A DNA stretch of 64,000 bases, taken from Thermoanaerobaculia bacterium. GTDB lineage: Bacteria; Acidobacteriota; Thermoanaerobaculia; Multivoradales; Multivoraceae. The DNA lies in NCBI GenBank assembly GCA_963666565.1, contig OY762911.1, forward strand, positions 2,304,001-2,368,000. The letters run 5' to 3'. The translations under genes and the position numbers were made by a program. This document shows positions 1-8,711 of this stretch, one piece after another. The notes under the pieces were generated by a model. The model saw only the letters and a program-made list of their open reading frames with translations. It searched no databases and had not been told where the DNA came from. The number at the start of each line of letters is the position of its first letter. Position 1 is the stretch's first letter.

Positions 1-3000
1 CGCGTCGGCCTCCACCGTGAGGTCGAAGGTCAGGGTGTCCGTGTCGCCGTCAGCGTCGGTGACGGTGTAGGTGTAGGCGGTCTCGGCCTTGAGCGCCGTC
101 GGGGTGCCCGAGAGCTGGCGCGAGGAAGCGGTGAACGAGAGGCCCGTCGGCGGCTCCGGCGACAGCGAGTAGGTGAGCGGCGTGTCGCCGCCGGTGGCGG
201 CGGGGAATGTCACCGTGGTGATCGCGGCGTTCTGCACGTAGACCTTGTCGGCGATGCTGGCGTCGTCGGCGAACGAGGGGCTGTTGTCCTGGGTGACGGT
301 GATGTCGAAGGTGGCGGTCGCGGTGTCGCCGTTCGCGTCGGTGACGGTGTAGGTGTACTCCGCAGCGGTCTGGTGGCCGGTCGGGGTGCCCGAGAGCTGG
401 CGGGACGAGGCGGTGAAGGTCAGGCCCGGCGGCAGCGCCGGCGATCCGGAGGTCTTCGACAGCGTGTAGGTCAGGGGCGTGTTGCCGCCGGTCGCGGCGG
501 GCAGGGTCAGCGCGGTGATGGCGCTGTCCTGGTGGTAGCTCTGGTCGGAGACCGAGCCCAGCGAGGGCTGCGCGTCGGCCTCCACCGTGATGTCGAAGGT
601 CAGGGTGTCCGTGTCGCCGTCAGCGTCGGTGACGGTGTAGGTGTAGGCGGTCTCGGCCTTGAGCGCCGTCGGGGTGCCCGAGAGCTGGCGCGAGGAAGCG
701 GTGAACGAGAGGCCCGTCGGCGGTTCCGGCGACAGCGAGTAGGTCAGCGGCGTGTCGCCGCCGGTGGCGGCGGGGAAAGTCACCGTGGTGATCGCGGCGT
801 TCTGCACGTAGACCTTGTCGGCGATGCTGGCGTCGTCGGCGAAGGAGGGGCTGTTGTCCTGGGTGACGGTGATGTCGAAGGTGGCGGTCGCGGTGTCGCC
901 GTTCGCGTCGGTGACGGTGTAGGTGTACTCCGCAGCGGTCTGGTGGCCGGTGGGAGTGCCGGAGAGTTGCCGGGACGAGGCGGTGAAGGTCAGGCCCGGC
1001 GGCAGCGCCGGCGATCCGGAGGTCTTCGACAGCGTGTAGGTCAGGGGCGTGTTGCCGCCGGTCGCGGCGGGCAGGGTCAGCGTGGTGATGGCGCTGTCCT
1101 GGTGGTAGGTCTGGTCGGAGACCGAGCCCAGGGTGGGCTGCGCGTCCGCCTCCACCGTGAGGTCGAAGGTCAGGGTGTCCGTGTCGCCGTCAGCGTCGGT
1201 GACGGTGTAGGTGTAGGCGGTCTCGGCCTTGAGCGCCGTCGGGGTGCCCGAGAGCTGGCGCGAGGAAGCGGTGAACGAGAGGCCCGTCGGCGGTTCCGGC
1301 GACAGCGAGTAGGTCAGCGGCGTGTCGCCGCCGGTGGCGGCGGGGAAAGTCACCGTGGCGATCGCGGCGTTCTGCACGTAGACCTTGTCGGCGATGCTGG
1401 CGTCGTCGGCGAACGAGGGGCTGTTGTCCTGGGTGACGGTGATGTCGAAGGTGGCGGTCGCGGTGTCGCCGTTCGCGTCGGTGACCGTGTAGGTGTACTC
1501 CGCAGCGGTCTGGTGGCCGGTGGGAGTGCCGGAGAGTTGCCGGGACGAGGCGGTGAAGGTCAGGCCCGGCGGCAGCGCCGGCGATCCGGAGGTCTTCGAC
1601 AGCGTGTAGGTCAGGGGCGTGTTGCCGCCGGTCGCGGCGGGCAGGGTCAGCGCGGTGATGGCGCTGTCCTGGTGGTAGGTCTGGTCGGAGACCGAGCCCA
1701 GCGAGGGCTGCGCGTCCGCCTCCACCGTGAGGTCGAAGGTCAGGGTGTCCGTGTCGCCGTCGTTGTCGGTGACGGTGTAGGTGTAGGCGGTCTCGGCCTT
1801 GAGCGCCGTCGGGGTGCCCGAGAGCTGGCGCGAGGAAGCGGTGAACGAGAGGCCCGTCGGCGGTTCCGGCGACAGCGAGTAGGTCAGCGGCGTGTCGCCG
1901 CCGGTGGCGGCGGGGAAAGTCACCGTGGTGATCGCGGCGTTCTGCACGTAGACCTTGTCGGCGATGCTGGCGTCGTCGGCGAACGAGGGGCTGTTGTCCT
2001 GGGTGACGGTGATGTCGAAGGTGGCGGTCGCGGTGTCGCCGTTCGCGTCGGTGACGGTGTAGGTGTACTCCGCAGCGGTCTGGTGGCCGGTCGGGGTGCC
2101 CGAGAGCTGGCGGGACGAGGCGGTGAAGGTCAGGCCCGGCGGCAGCGCCGGCGATCCGGAGGTCTTCGACAGCGTGTAGGTCAGGGGCGTGTTGCCGCCG
2201 GTCGCGGCGGGCAGGGTCAGCGCGGTGATGGCGCTGTCCTGGTGGTAGCTCTGGTCGGAGACCGAGCCCAGCGAGGGCTGCGCGTCGGCCTCCACCGTGA
2301 GGTCGAAGGTCAGGGTGTCCGTGTCGCCGTCAGCGTCGGTGACGGTGTAGGTGTAGGCGGTCTCGGCCTTGAGCGCCGTCGGGGTGCCCGAGAGCTGGCG
2401 CGAGGAAGCGGTGAACGAGAGGCCCGTCGGCGGTTCCGGCGACAGCGAGTAGGTCAGCGGCGTGTCGCCGCCGGTGGCGGCGGGGAAAGTCACCGTGGTG
2501 ATCGCGGCGTTCTGCACGTAGACCTTGTCGGCGATGCTGGCGTCGTCGGCGAAGGAGGGGCTGTTGTCCTGGGTGACGGTGATGTCGAAGGTGGCGGTCG
2601 CGGTGTCGCCGTTCGCGTCGGTGACCGTGTAGGTGTACTCCGCAGCGGTCTGGTGGCCGGTCGGGGTGCCCGAGAGCTGGCGGGACGAGGCGGTGAAGGT
2701 CAGGCCCGGCGGCAGCGACGGCGATCCGGAGGTCTTCGACAGCGTGTAGGTCAGGGGCGTGTTGCCGCCGGTGGCGGCGGGCAGGGTCAGTGCGGTGATG
2801 GCGCTGTCCTGGTGGTAGGTCTGGTCGGAGACCGAGCCCAGGGTGGGCTGCGCGTCGGCCTCCACCGTGAGGTCGAAGGTCAGGGTGTCCGTGTCGCCGT
2901 CAGCGTCGGTGACGGTGTAGGTGTAGGCGGTCTCGGCCTTGAGCGCCGTCGGGGTGCCCGAGAGCTGGCGCGAGGAAGCGGTGAACGAGAGGCCCGTCGG

Positions 3001-4020
3001 CGGCTCCGGCGACAGCGAGTAGGTCAGCGGCGTGTCGCCGCCGGTGGCCGCGGGGAATGTCACCGTGGTGATCGCGGCGTTCTGCACGTAGACCTTGTCG
3101 GCGATGCTGGCGTCGTCGGCGAAGGAGGGGCTGTTGTCCTGGGTGACGGTGATGTCGAAGGTGGCGGTCGCGGTGTCGCCGTTCGCGTCGGTGACCGTGT
3201 AGGTGTACTCCGCAGCGGTCTGGTGGCCGGTCGGGGTGCCCGAGAGCTGGCGGGACGAGGCGGTGAAGGTCAGGCCCGGCGGCAGCGCCGGCGATCCGGA
3301 GGTCTTCGACAGCGTGTAGGTCAGGGGCGTGTTGCCGCCGGTGGCGGCGGGCAGGGTCAGCGCGGTGATGGCGCTGTCCTGGTGGTAGGTCTGGTCGGAG
3401 ACCGAGCCCAGCGAGGGCTGCGCGTCGGCCTCCACCGTGAGGTCGAAGGTCAGGGTGTCCGTGTCGCCGTCAGCGTCGGTGACGGTGTAGGTGTAGGCGG
3501 TCTCGGCCTTGAGCGCCGTCGGGGTGCCCGAGAGCTGGCGCGAGGAAGCGGTGAACGAGAGCCCTGTCGGCGGCTCCGGCGACAGCGAGTAGGTCAGCGG
3601 CGTGTCGCCGCCCGTCGCCGCGGGGAAAGTCACCGTGGTGATCGCGGCGTTCTGCACGTAGACCTTGTCGGCGATGCTGGCGTCGTCGGCGAACGAGGGG
3701 CTGTTGTCCTGGGTGACGGTGATGTCGAAGGTGGCGGTCGCGGTGTCGCCGTCCTGGTCGGTGACGGTGTAGGTGTAGCCGGTGGCGGTCTGGTGGCCGG
3801 TGGGAGTGCCGGAGAGCTGGCGCGACGAGGCGGTGAAGCTCAGCCCCGGCGGCAGCGCCGGCGTGCCGCTGGTCCTGGCCAGGGTGTAGGTGTAGGGGGC
3901 GTTGCCGCCGGTGGCGGCGGGCAGGGTCAGCGCGGTGATGGCGCTGTCCTGGTGGTAGGTCTGGTCGGAGACCGAGCCCAGAGAGGGCTGCGCGTCCGCC
4001 TCCACCGTGATGTCGAAGGT
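1..4020. repeat. About 7 near-identical 570-bp tandem repeats (190 aa, two alternating Ig-like domains)
   Basis: cgcgtc(g/c)gcctccaccgtga recurs at 1, 571, 1141, 1711, 2281, 2851, 3421 and 3991. Confidence 0.95.
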
Positions 4021-6033
4021 CAGCGTGGCCGTGTCGCCGTCAGTGTCGGTCGCCGTGTAGGTGTAGCCGACGGCGCTCTGCAGCGTCGTCGGCGTGCCCG
4101 ACAGGGTGCGCGTGGCTGCGGCGAAGCTCAACCCCGGCGGCAGCGCCGGGGTGCCGCTGGTCCGCGCCAGGGTGTATGTGGTCGTGCCGTTCCCGCCCGT
4201 GGCCGCCGGCAGGGTCAGCGCCGTGATGGCCGCGCTCTGGGTCCAGGTCTGGTCGGCCACCGTGCCCTGTCCGAACGAAGGATCGGTGTCGGCCTCGATG
4301 GCGATGGTGAAGCTCTGCGTGCCGACGTCGCCGTCGTAGTCGGTCGCGGTGTAGGTGTAGCTGGTCGCCTGCTGCGTCCCGGTCGGCGTGCCGGTGATCT
4401 CCCGCTTCGAGGCGTCCAACGAGAGGCCCGCCGGCAGCGTCGGCGAGATGGAGTAGGCGATGGGCGAGTTGCCGCCGGTGGCCTCCGGCAGGGTGAGCGT
4501 CGAGATGGCGGTGTTCTGAACGAAGGCCTGGTTCGCCACCGCGCCGACCGACGGCGTGGAATCCGCCTCCACCGCGATGCGGAAGCTGAGGCTGGCCGTC
4601 TTGCTGGCACTGTCGGTGACGGTGTAGGTGTAGGTCTGCGACGCGGAGAGCGTGGTCGGCGTGCCGGACAACTGCCGCGACGAAGCCGTGAACGTCAGCC
4701 CCGCCGGCGGGGTGGGCGAGAGCGAGTAGGTATAGGCCGGGTCGCCGCCGGTGGCCGCCGGCAGGGTCAGTGCGGTGATTGCGGCGTTCTGCACGAAGCC
4801 GTAGTCGGCGATGGTGGCGGTGCCGAACGTGAGCGGCCCTTTCGGGGTGGCCGTCACCTCGCTGGAAGCGGTACCCGCTACGTCGTTGTGGGCGCGGACC
4901 TTGAAGGTGTGCGCCGTGCCGTTCGTCAGGCCTGTGACCGTGTAGCTTGTGGTGGTCGAGCTGCTTCCGGTGATGTCCGTCCAGGAGCCGTAGGCCCCGG
5001 TCGTCTTGTACTGGTACTGCCACTTGGAGATCGTCTCTTTGGATGCTGAGCCCTGGACCCAACTCAGAGTCACCTGTGCGTTGCCAGCCGTCGCGCTCAG
5101 GCTCGGTGCTGCCAGCACGACATCGTCGTCGATTTCGGTCACGACTCGGCTTTGCTTGACGCCGTCGTAGCCGCCGCCCGCGGCAGTCATCACGATGCTG
5201 CCGCTGTTGTCTGTGGTGTCCGCATCCTCGGCGGCGCTTACGGTGATCGTCTGCGCCGTCTTTCGGTTCGCGGGGGTGAAGGTCAGCGACGCCGGACTGG
5301 GCGTCAAGTCCTGGTCCTTTGGCAGCGGCGCCGTGCTCAGGCTCACCGTGACGTTGGCCGATGGAACGGTACCCAAGTAGATCTGGAAGGTGGTGGACTT
5401 TCCCTCGACGGCCCTCAGGCTCTTGCCCGACGCGCTCGCCGAGCGCGTGTCCTGAAACTTGACAAGCGGGTTCGGCGGCACGCCGTAGACGCCCGCTTGG
5501 TAGCTCACTCCGTTCCAGTCGGTGTCGGTGCTGGTCGCCGTGAGTGTCAGATAGCAGAACTTGTTCTTCGCGCCCGCCTTCGCGCCTACTTCGCCGACTT
5601 GGGTCACGGACCAATCGGAAGGGGTAAACGTGAGCGAGGTCGGATCCGCCTCGAACAACGAGACTGCGTCGCTCGGGTGGCACGAAGTGAACGTCACAGC
5701 CACGGTCACGTCCGCCATGGGTGCGGCCGACAGGACGACGCTGAAGAGCTCTTCTCCCGTCTCGGAGATCGCCGCGTTTTCGACAGAGGCCGTGAGTGAC
5801 TGCGCCAACGTGGTTCCTGGCGCTACCAGAGCCGCGAAAGCCAGCCCCGCAGCGAACCGCTTCGCGTCAGTCAGGGCCGCCTCGGCACGGGCGGGCGTTC
5901 TTCCGGGGTCGGCCGCGTACCGTAGTCGTGGCGCCGACGGCCGGCCGCCGGCGCGCCGGAAACGTCGCCGTGCTTCGGCCACGGCTCGGCGAGCGGTGTT
6001 CATCCGACTTCGACCTCCGGCAATCTCGGCCAT
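1..6033 (-). CDS. Giant surface/secreted repeat protein (two N-terminal beta-sandwich modules, one fibronectin type III domain, many tandem putative-Ig/He_PIG-like domains); 3' end lies outside the window
   Basis: Missing from the ORF track because there is no stop in the window. Manual translation from ATG 6033 (GGAGGG immediately upstream) gives a hydrophobic stretch FAAGLAFAALVAPGTTLAQ, a Fn3 motif (LSATAGNAQVTLSW...YTVTGLTNGTAHTFKVRAHN), then repeated ITALTLPAATGG...YSL..P.GLTFTASSRQLSGTPT...YTYTVTDADGDT units. Confidence 0.85.
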   Translation of the reverse strand, partial: MAEIAGGRSRMNTARRAVAEARRRFRRAGGRPSAPRLRYAADPGRTPARAEAALTDAKRFAAGLAFAALVAPGTTLAQSLTASVENAAISETGEELFSVVLSAAPMADVTVAVTFTSCHPSDAVSLFEADPTSLTFTPSDWSVTQVGEVGAKAGAKNKFCYLTLTATSTDTDWNGVSYQAGVYGVPPNPLVKFQDTRSASASGKSLRAVEGKSTTFQIYLGTVPSANVTVSLSTAPLPKDQDLTPSPASLTFTPANRKTAQTITVSAAEDADTTDNSGSIVMTAAGGGYDGVKQSRVVTEIDDDVVLAAPSLSATAGNAQVTLSWVQGSASKETISKWQYQYKTTGAYGSWTDITGSSSTTTSYTVTGLTNGTAHTFKVRAHNDVAGTASSEVTATPKGPLTFGTATIADYGFVQNAAITALTLPAATGGDPAYTYSLSPTPPAGLTFTASSRQLSGTPTTLSASQTYTYTVTDSASKTASLSFRIAVEADSTPSVGAVANQAFVQNTAISTLTLPEATGGNSPIAYSISPTLPAGLSLDASKREITGTPTGTQQATSYTYTATDYDGDVGTQSFTIAIEADTDPSFGQGTVADQTWTQSAAITALTLPAATGGNGTTTYTLARTSGTPALPPGLSFAAATRTLSGTPTTLQSAVGYTYTATDTDGDTATLTFDITVEADAQPSLGSVSDQTYHQDSAITALTLPAATGGNAPYTYTLARTSGTPALPPGLSFTASSRQLSGTPTGHQTATGYTYTVTDQDGDTATATFDITVTQDNSPSFADDASIADKVYVQNAAITTVTFPAATGGDTPLTYSLSPEPPTGLSFTASSRQLSGTPTALKAETAYTYTVTDADGDTDTLTFDLTVEADAQPSLGSVSDQTYHQDSAITALTLPAATGGNTPLTYTLSKTSGSPALPPGLTFTASSRQLSGTPTGHQTAAEYTYTVTDANGDTATATFDITVTQDNSPSFADDASIADKVYVQNAAITTVTFPAATGGDTPLTYSLSPEPPTGLSFTASSRQLSGTPTALKAETAYTYTVTDADGDTDTLTFDLTVEADAQPTLGSVSDQTYHQDSAITALTLPAATGGNTPLTYTLSKTSGSPSLPPGLTFTASSRQLSGTPTGHQTAAEYTYTVTDANGDTATATFDITVTQDNSPSFADDASIADKVYVQNAAITTVTFPAATGGDTPLTYSLSPEPPTGLSFTASSRQLSGTPTALKAETAYTYTVTDADGDTDTLTFDLTVEADAQPSLGSVSDQSYHQDSAITALTLPAATGGNTPLTYTLSKTSGSPALPPGLTFTASSRQLSGTPTGHQTAAEYTYTVTDANGDTATATFDITVTQDNSPSFADDASIADKVYVQNAAITTVTFPAATGGDTPLTYSLSPEPPTGLSFTASSRQLSGTPTALKAETAYTYTVTDNDGDTDTLTFDLTVEADAQPSLGSVSDQTYHQDSAITALTLPAATGGNTPLTYTLSKTSGSPALPPGLTFTASSRQLSGTPTGHQTAAEYTYTVTDANGDTATATFDITVTQDNSPSFADDASIADKVYVQNAAIATVTFPAATGGDTPLTYSLSPEPPTGLSFTASSRQLSGTPTALKAETAYTYTVTDADGDTDTLTFDLTVEADAQPTLGSVSDQTYHQDSAITTLTLPAATGGNTPLTYTLSKTSGSPALPPGLTFTASSRQLSGTPTGHQTAAEYTYTVTDANGDTATATFDITVTQDNSPSFADDASIADKVYVQNAAITTVTFPAATGGDTPLTYSLSPEPPTGLSFTASSRQLSGTPTALKAETAYTYTVTDADGDTDTLTFDITVEADAQPSLGSVSDQSYHQDSAITALTLPAATGGNTPLTYTLSKTSGSPALPPGLTFTASSRQLSGTPTGHQTAAEYTYTVTDANGDTATATFDITVTQDNSPSFADDASIADKVYVQNAAITTVTFPAATGGDTPLTYSLSPEPPTGLSFTASSRQLSGTPTALKAETAYTYTVTDADGDTDTLTFDLTVEADA

Positions 6034-6370
6034 GCCCTCCTTCGGAGGGCGAGGTTCACGAGATTAGCACGAGAAAGACTCTAAACCGCCACTTGGCAAG
6101 CGTTTACGCTGGCGCGTTCCTCCCGCTGGCGCGTCCTGTTCCGCAGGCCGGCGGCCGCTGGTTCGGGGTCCGCTTTCGCTGCCGGTGCCGCGGGCCCGGC
6201 CGGGAGCCTCCGGCCCGCGGAGGGACGTCGCTGCTTCGCCGGCCGTGGCTTCAGCGGCGGCGAGGTCGATTCGCCCGTTCCAAGGGCGCCGATCCGCCCG
6301 CTCTACGGGCGGCGGGCCGGGGCCCTGCGGCCGGCGGGCCGCGGGGTCTACGGGCGGCGGGCCGCGCGCT

Positions 6371-7288
6371 TTACGTCGGGTCCCAAGTGAACACGTCGGT
6401 GGTTCGTTCCAGATCGTGGAACGAACCGGCCAACGCCGGCATGCCGTGCTCGGCGATGGACTCCGGCGTCCAGCCGGCGCCGTTGTGAACGGAGCGGACC
6501 GGCCGCGGCTGGCTCATCAGGAAGATCTCGTTCTTGCGCACCGCGAAAATCTGGCCGCTGACCTCCTTCGCGGCATCGCTCAGCAGGTAGACGGCGAGCG
6601 GCGCGACGAGGGCCGGCGTCATCTCCTTCATCTTCGCCACCCGCGCGGCCTGGGCCGGGTCGGCGGTCGGGATCGTGCCGATGAGGCGGGACCAGGCGAA
6701 GGGCGCTATGCAGTTCGAGCGGACCTCGAAGCGCTGCATGTCGAGCGCCAGCGACTTCGACAGCCCGACGATGCCCAGCTTGGCGGCGGCGTAGTTCGCC
6801 TGGCCGAAGTTGCCGATCAGCCCGGAGGTCGAGGTCATGTGGACGAAGGCGCCGCCGATCCGCTTGCGGTAGTGGGGAGCGGCGGCCCGCGCCATGTTGA
6901 AGCTGCCCTTCAGGTGGACGGCGATCACGGCGTCCCAGTCGCTCTCTTCCATTTTGTGGAAAATGACGTCGCGCAGGATGCCGGCGTTGTTGACCACGCC
7001 GTCGATCTGCCCGAACTCGTCGAGCGCCTGCTCGATCGCGCGCCCGGCGCCGGCGAAGTCGGCGACGCTCTCGTAGTTCGCGGCGGCGCGGCCGCCGGCG
7101 GCGAGGATCTCGTCGACGACGGCCTGGGCGGGCGTCCGGTCGGCGCCGTCGCCTCGCTCGGAGCCGCCGAGGTCGTTCACGACGACGGAGGCTCCGTGGG
7201 AGGCGGCGAGCAGGGCGATGTCGCGGCCGATGCCGCGGCCGGCGCCGGTGACGACGATCGTCTTCTCGTGGAGCATGCGGGTGTTCAT
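6371..7288 (-). CDS. SDR family NAD(P)-dependent oxidoreductase (3-hydroxyacyl-CoA dehydrogenase-like)
   Basis: TGAGRGIG Rossmann motif, VVNNAGILRD, catalytic YAAAK; GGAG upstream of the start. Confidence 0.93.
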   Translation of the reverse strand: MNTRMLHEKTIVVTGAGRGIGRDIALLAASHGASVVVNDLGGSERGDGADRTPAQAVVDEILAAGGRAAANYESVADFAGAGRAIEQALDEFGQIDGVVNNAGILRDVIFHKMEESDWDAVIAVHLKGSFNMARAAAPHYRKRIGGAFVHMTSTSGLIGNFGQANYAAAKLGIVGLSKSLALDMQRFEVRSNCIAPFAWSRLIGTIPTADPAQAARVAKMKEMTPALVAPLAVYLLSDAAKEVSGQIFAVRKNEIFLMSQPRPVRSVHNGAGWTPESIAEHGMPALAGSFHDLERTTDVFTWDPT

Positions 7289-7304
7289 TCGGGGTTCTCC
7301 TGTC

Positions 7305-8480
7305 TCAGGCCGCGGCGATGGCGGCGACCAGGCGGCAGCCGTCGAGGTACTCCGCGACGTCGACGTACTCTTCCACAGTGTGGGGGTTGTGCTGTCCGGC
7401 GCCCAGGGTGACCGTGGGCACGCCCTTGGCGTTCAGGTAGTTCGCGTCGAGTCCGCCGTTCGCGACGAGGTACTCAGCCTCCAGGCCGAGGGCGGCGCGC
7501 ACCTGCTCGGCCGCTAGCCGCACGGGCGGCGAGTCTTCGGGCATCTCGAACGCGTCGTAGTCGGTCTCGGCGCGGAAGTCGACCCGGCCGCGGTCGCCGT
7601 CGGAGTTGGCGACGCTCCTCGCCGCCCGCTCGAAGGCGTCGCGCCAGGCGGCGGTGATCTCGGCCAGGAACGCCTTGTCGTGGCTGCGCGACTCGCCCGA
7701 GACGAACACGCGGTCCGTGACCTGGTTGCTCGCCTCGCCGCCGGCCATGCGGCCGACGTTGGAGGTGCCGCTGCCGCCGGGAAGCTCGATCTTGCCGAAG
7801 AAGCCGCGGGCGGCGACGTCGGCCACTGCCCGCGAGGCGATGAGCGCCGCCGAGATCCCGTGCTCGGGGTGGACGCCCGCGTGCGAGGACTTGCCGTGGA
7901 CGTCCACCTGCCAGCGGTCCGCGCCGGTGGCGCCGACGATCAGCACGCGCGGCGCGCCGGAGTCGATGTTGAAGCCCATCCCGGGATGGCCGAGCCTCTC
8001 CAGCTCCACCGTGCGCGCCCCCCACAGGCCGACCTCCTCGCCGACCGTCATCAGCACCGTGATCGGCGGCCGCGGCGCGCCGGTCGCGAGCAGGGTCTCG
8101 ATCATCGTGACCAGGGCGCCGATCGAGGTCCGGTTGTCGCCGCCGAGCGCCGTGTCGCCCTCCGCCTCGATCCGGCCGTCGCGCCGCACCGGAACCGCGC
8201 CCCGGCACAGCGGCACCGTGTCCATGTGCCCCATGAACAGCCGCCGCGGCCCGGGCCGCGTCCCCGGCAGATCGACGATCAGGTTGCCGACCTCGTAGTC
8301 GCCGGGGATCCGCTCGTTCGCGTCGTCGTGGCCGATCCAGGCCGGCGCGCAGCCCGCGGCGAGGAGCTTCTCCCGCACCGCCGCGGCGACCTTGCCCTCG
8401 CGGCCGCTCAGCCCCTCGATGGCGAGGAGGTCCATCAGGTGGTCGAGGGCGCGGGCTTCGTCGATCCGGGGTGGTGTCAT
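7305..8480 (-). CDS. M20/M25/M40 family metallo-hydrolase (peptidase T-like)
   Basis: GHMDTV, LGGDNR, GEEVG, GGLDAN and HNPHTVEE motifs. Confidence 0.9.
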   Translation of the reverse strand: MTPPRIDEARALDHLMDLLAIEGLSGREGKVAAAVREKLLAAGCAPAWIGHDDANERIPGDYEVGNLIVDLPGTRPGPRRLFMGHMDTVPLCRGAVPVRRDGRIEAEGDTALGGDNRTSIGALVTMIETLLATGAPRPPITVLMTVGEEVGLWGARTVELERLGHPGMGFNIDSGAPRVLIVGATGADRWQVDVHGKSSHAGVHPEHGISAALIASRAVADVAARGFFGKIELPGGSGTSNVGRMAGGEASNQVTDRVFVSGESRSHDKAFLAEITAAWRDAFERAARSVANSDGDRGRVDFRAETDYDAFEMPEDSPPVRLAAEQVRAALGLEAEYLVANGGLDANYLNAKGVPTVTLGAGQHNPHTVEEYVDVAEYLDGCRLVAAIAAA

Positions 8481-8554
8481 CGGGGGACTCGAGCTGGCCG
8501 GCGGGGCCGGAAGTTGGCGATCCTACCCGCGTGGCACTGGCCGCCGAGCGCGCC

Positions 8555-8674
8555 GGGTGCGCGGGTCTTCCGACCCGCCCGCCGCCGGAGGCGGCCAGGA
8601 ACATGCGCCGGCTTCCGTCCGGCGGTCCTGTTGTCCGGGCTGCGCCGCTGGGCGGGTCGGAAGACCCGCGCACC
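8555..8674. repeat. Inverted pair of REP-like palindromes around a GC-hairpin core (REPIN-like unit)
   Basis: gggtgcgcgggtcttccgacccgc at 8555-8578 and its reverse complement at 8652-8674. Confidence 0.9.
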
Positions 8675-8711
8675 GACAGGCGGCCAGTCCAGCGTCACTT
8701 ACACTCGCCGC

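Noticed and set aside
373-5049. 1558-aa plus-strand ORF rich in R/G/V
   Set aside because: Antisense shadow of the minus-strand Ig-repeat gene; its repeats simply mirror that gene.
7680-8711. Long N-terminal extensions in the ORF track (sulfatase, crotonase, YdjC, VWA, TonB receptor, CRTAC1)
   Set aside because: They overlap neighbouring genes; signal peptides, SD sites and -10 boxes support later starts.
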